Part shown: piece by piece, positions 63,111 to 64,000 of the stretch
Numbering within the stretch: position 1 is the first letter of the stretch
Layout of the letters: each line of letters starts with the position of its first letter
Source: Octopus sinensis
Lineage: Eukaryota
Length of the DNA stretch: 64,000 nucleotides
NCBI RefSeq assembly: GCF_006345805.1
Contig: NC_043004.1
Span: 66,340,001-66,404,000, forward strand
Reading direction: 5' to 3'
Made by a program: the position numbers and the translations under genes
The notes under the pieces: generated by a model
Seen by the model: only the letters and a program-made list of their open reading frames with translations
Told to the model about the DNA's origin: nothing
Databases searched by the model: none

Positions 63111-64000
63111 GTGACCGAAATTTTGTGCGTGCTTTATCAATATGAGCATGTGCATTCTGCATGGTAGCGCAAAAGTATATAAACATGTGCTTGTTACATG
63201 CTTCTTGTAGGTTCGTTATAAATATGTAGACGGCGCTACTATAACTGAGAGGGCGATCTATAAATTAATAACAAAATGTGAGAATATTTAAAACTTATAT
63301 TCTTCAAAAATATCGTTTTGGCTGAAGGAGAGAGAGAAGGAAACATAGAGATCTGTTGAGTGCAACGAAATGTTTATTCAGATTTGGAATATTCATTTGG
63401 CGTTATCTTTTCTTAACATTGCACTTATAATTTCAGAATATGAAAGAGATCTGTATTTCCTTTAATTTCATGTCATGGATAATAATTGTTCCAACAATAT
63501 AACGAGATTAATTCAAGCTATATTCTTCTCTCACCTCCCGCTTCTTTCTTCACAATAGAAATAAAAGAAAACTGCATGGTCTCGTGAACATGTTATATAT
63601 AAAACACACCAGGCATATTAATTTGTGAAAACTAGAAACATATTGATAATGGAACAACAATTATGGAATCAAATATTTCAGAAATCGATAGAAATACAGT
63701 GTTACACATGAATCATTGAACGTATTTCTGGAACAAAGGAAAATATGAATGCAACACATTAAGACAAAATTATCATTTCAAACGACATGTTTTGCTAAGA
63801 CACTCTACAGAAGCATATCGACAGATTTCATTATGAAATGCACCGGGTTTATTTCGAAGATAATACATTCATCACTTATTGAATATACAGTGTATACTAT
63901 TAAATGTACTCGCATAAAAGTATGTATATGTCAACCTGTCGGACTGTCTGTCTGTATGTACGAGTGTGTGAGTCTGTAATTGTGTGTACAATTATGCATG

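Overview
AT-rich, microsatellite-dense animal genomic DNA. It is most likely from an octopus or other coleoid cephalopod, which I infer from the recurring tRNA-derived SINE families and the very dense (TA)n/(CA)n/(ATCT)n arrays. I cannot support any intact host protein-coding gene, and almost all tracked ORFs are microsatellite read-throughs. The window is a transposon graveyard: at least four SINE families (my labels A-D), and decayed L1/Tx1, RTE, CR1/L2-type and Penelope-like (GIY-YIG) retroelements. It also holds Tc1, mariner and hAT transposase pseudogenes, non-autonomous Helitrons, several MITEs or fold-back palindromes, and one 100-N gap. The most interesting signal is non-coding: a 354/355-bp tandem array at 22391-23276 in which each full unit ends in a minimal type I hammerhead ribozyme fold. 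The array begins exactly at the predicted self-cleavage position and is preceded by an inverted 27-bp copy of its own interior, which is a retrozyme/Penelope-type architecture. Several unrelated hammerhead-like motifs with palindromic stem III are scattered across the window, including two with long structured stem II insertions (20208-20345 and 32330-32416). All alignments and folds were done by eye, so boundaries of decayed elements are approximate and no activity has been demonstrated.
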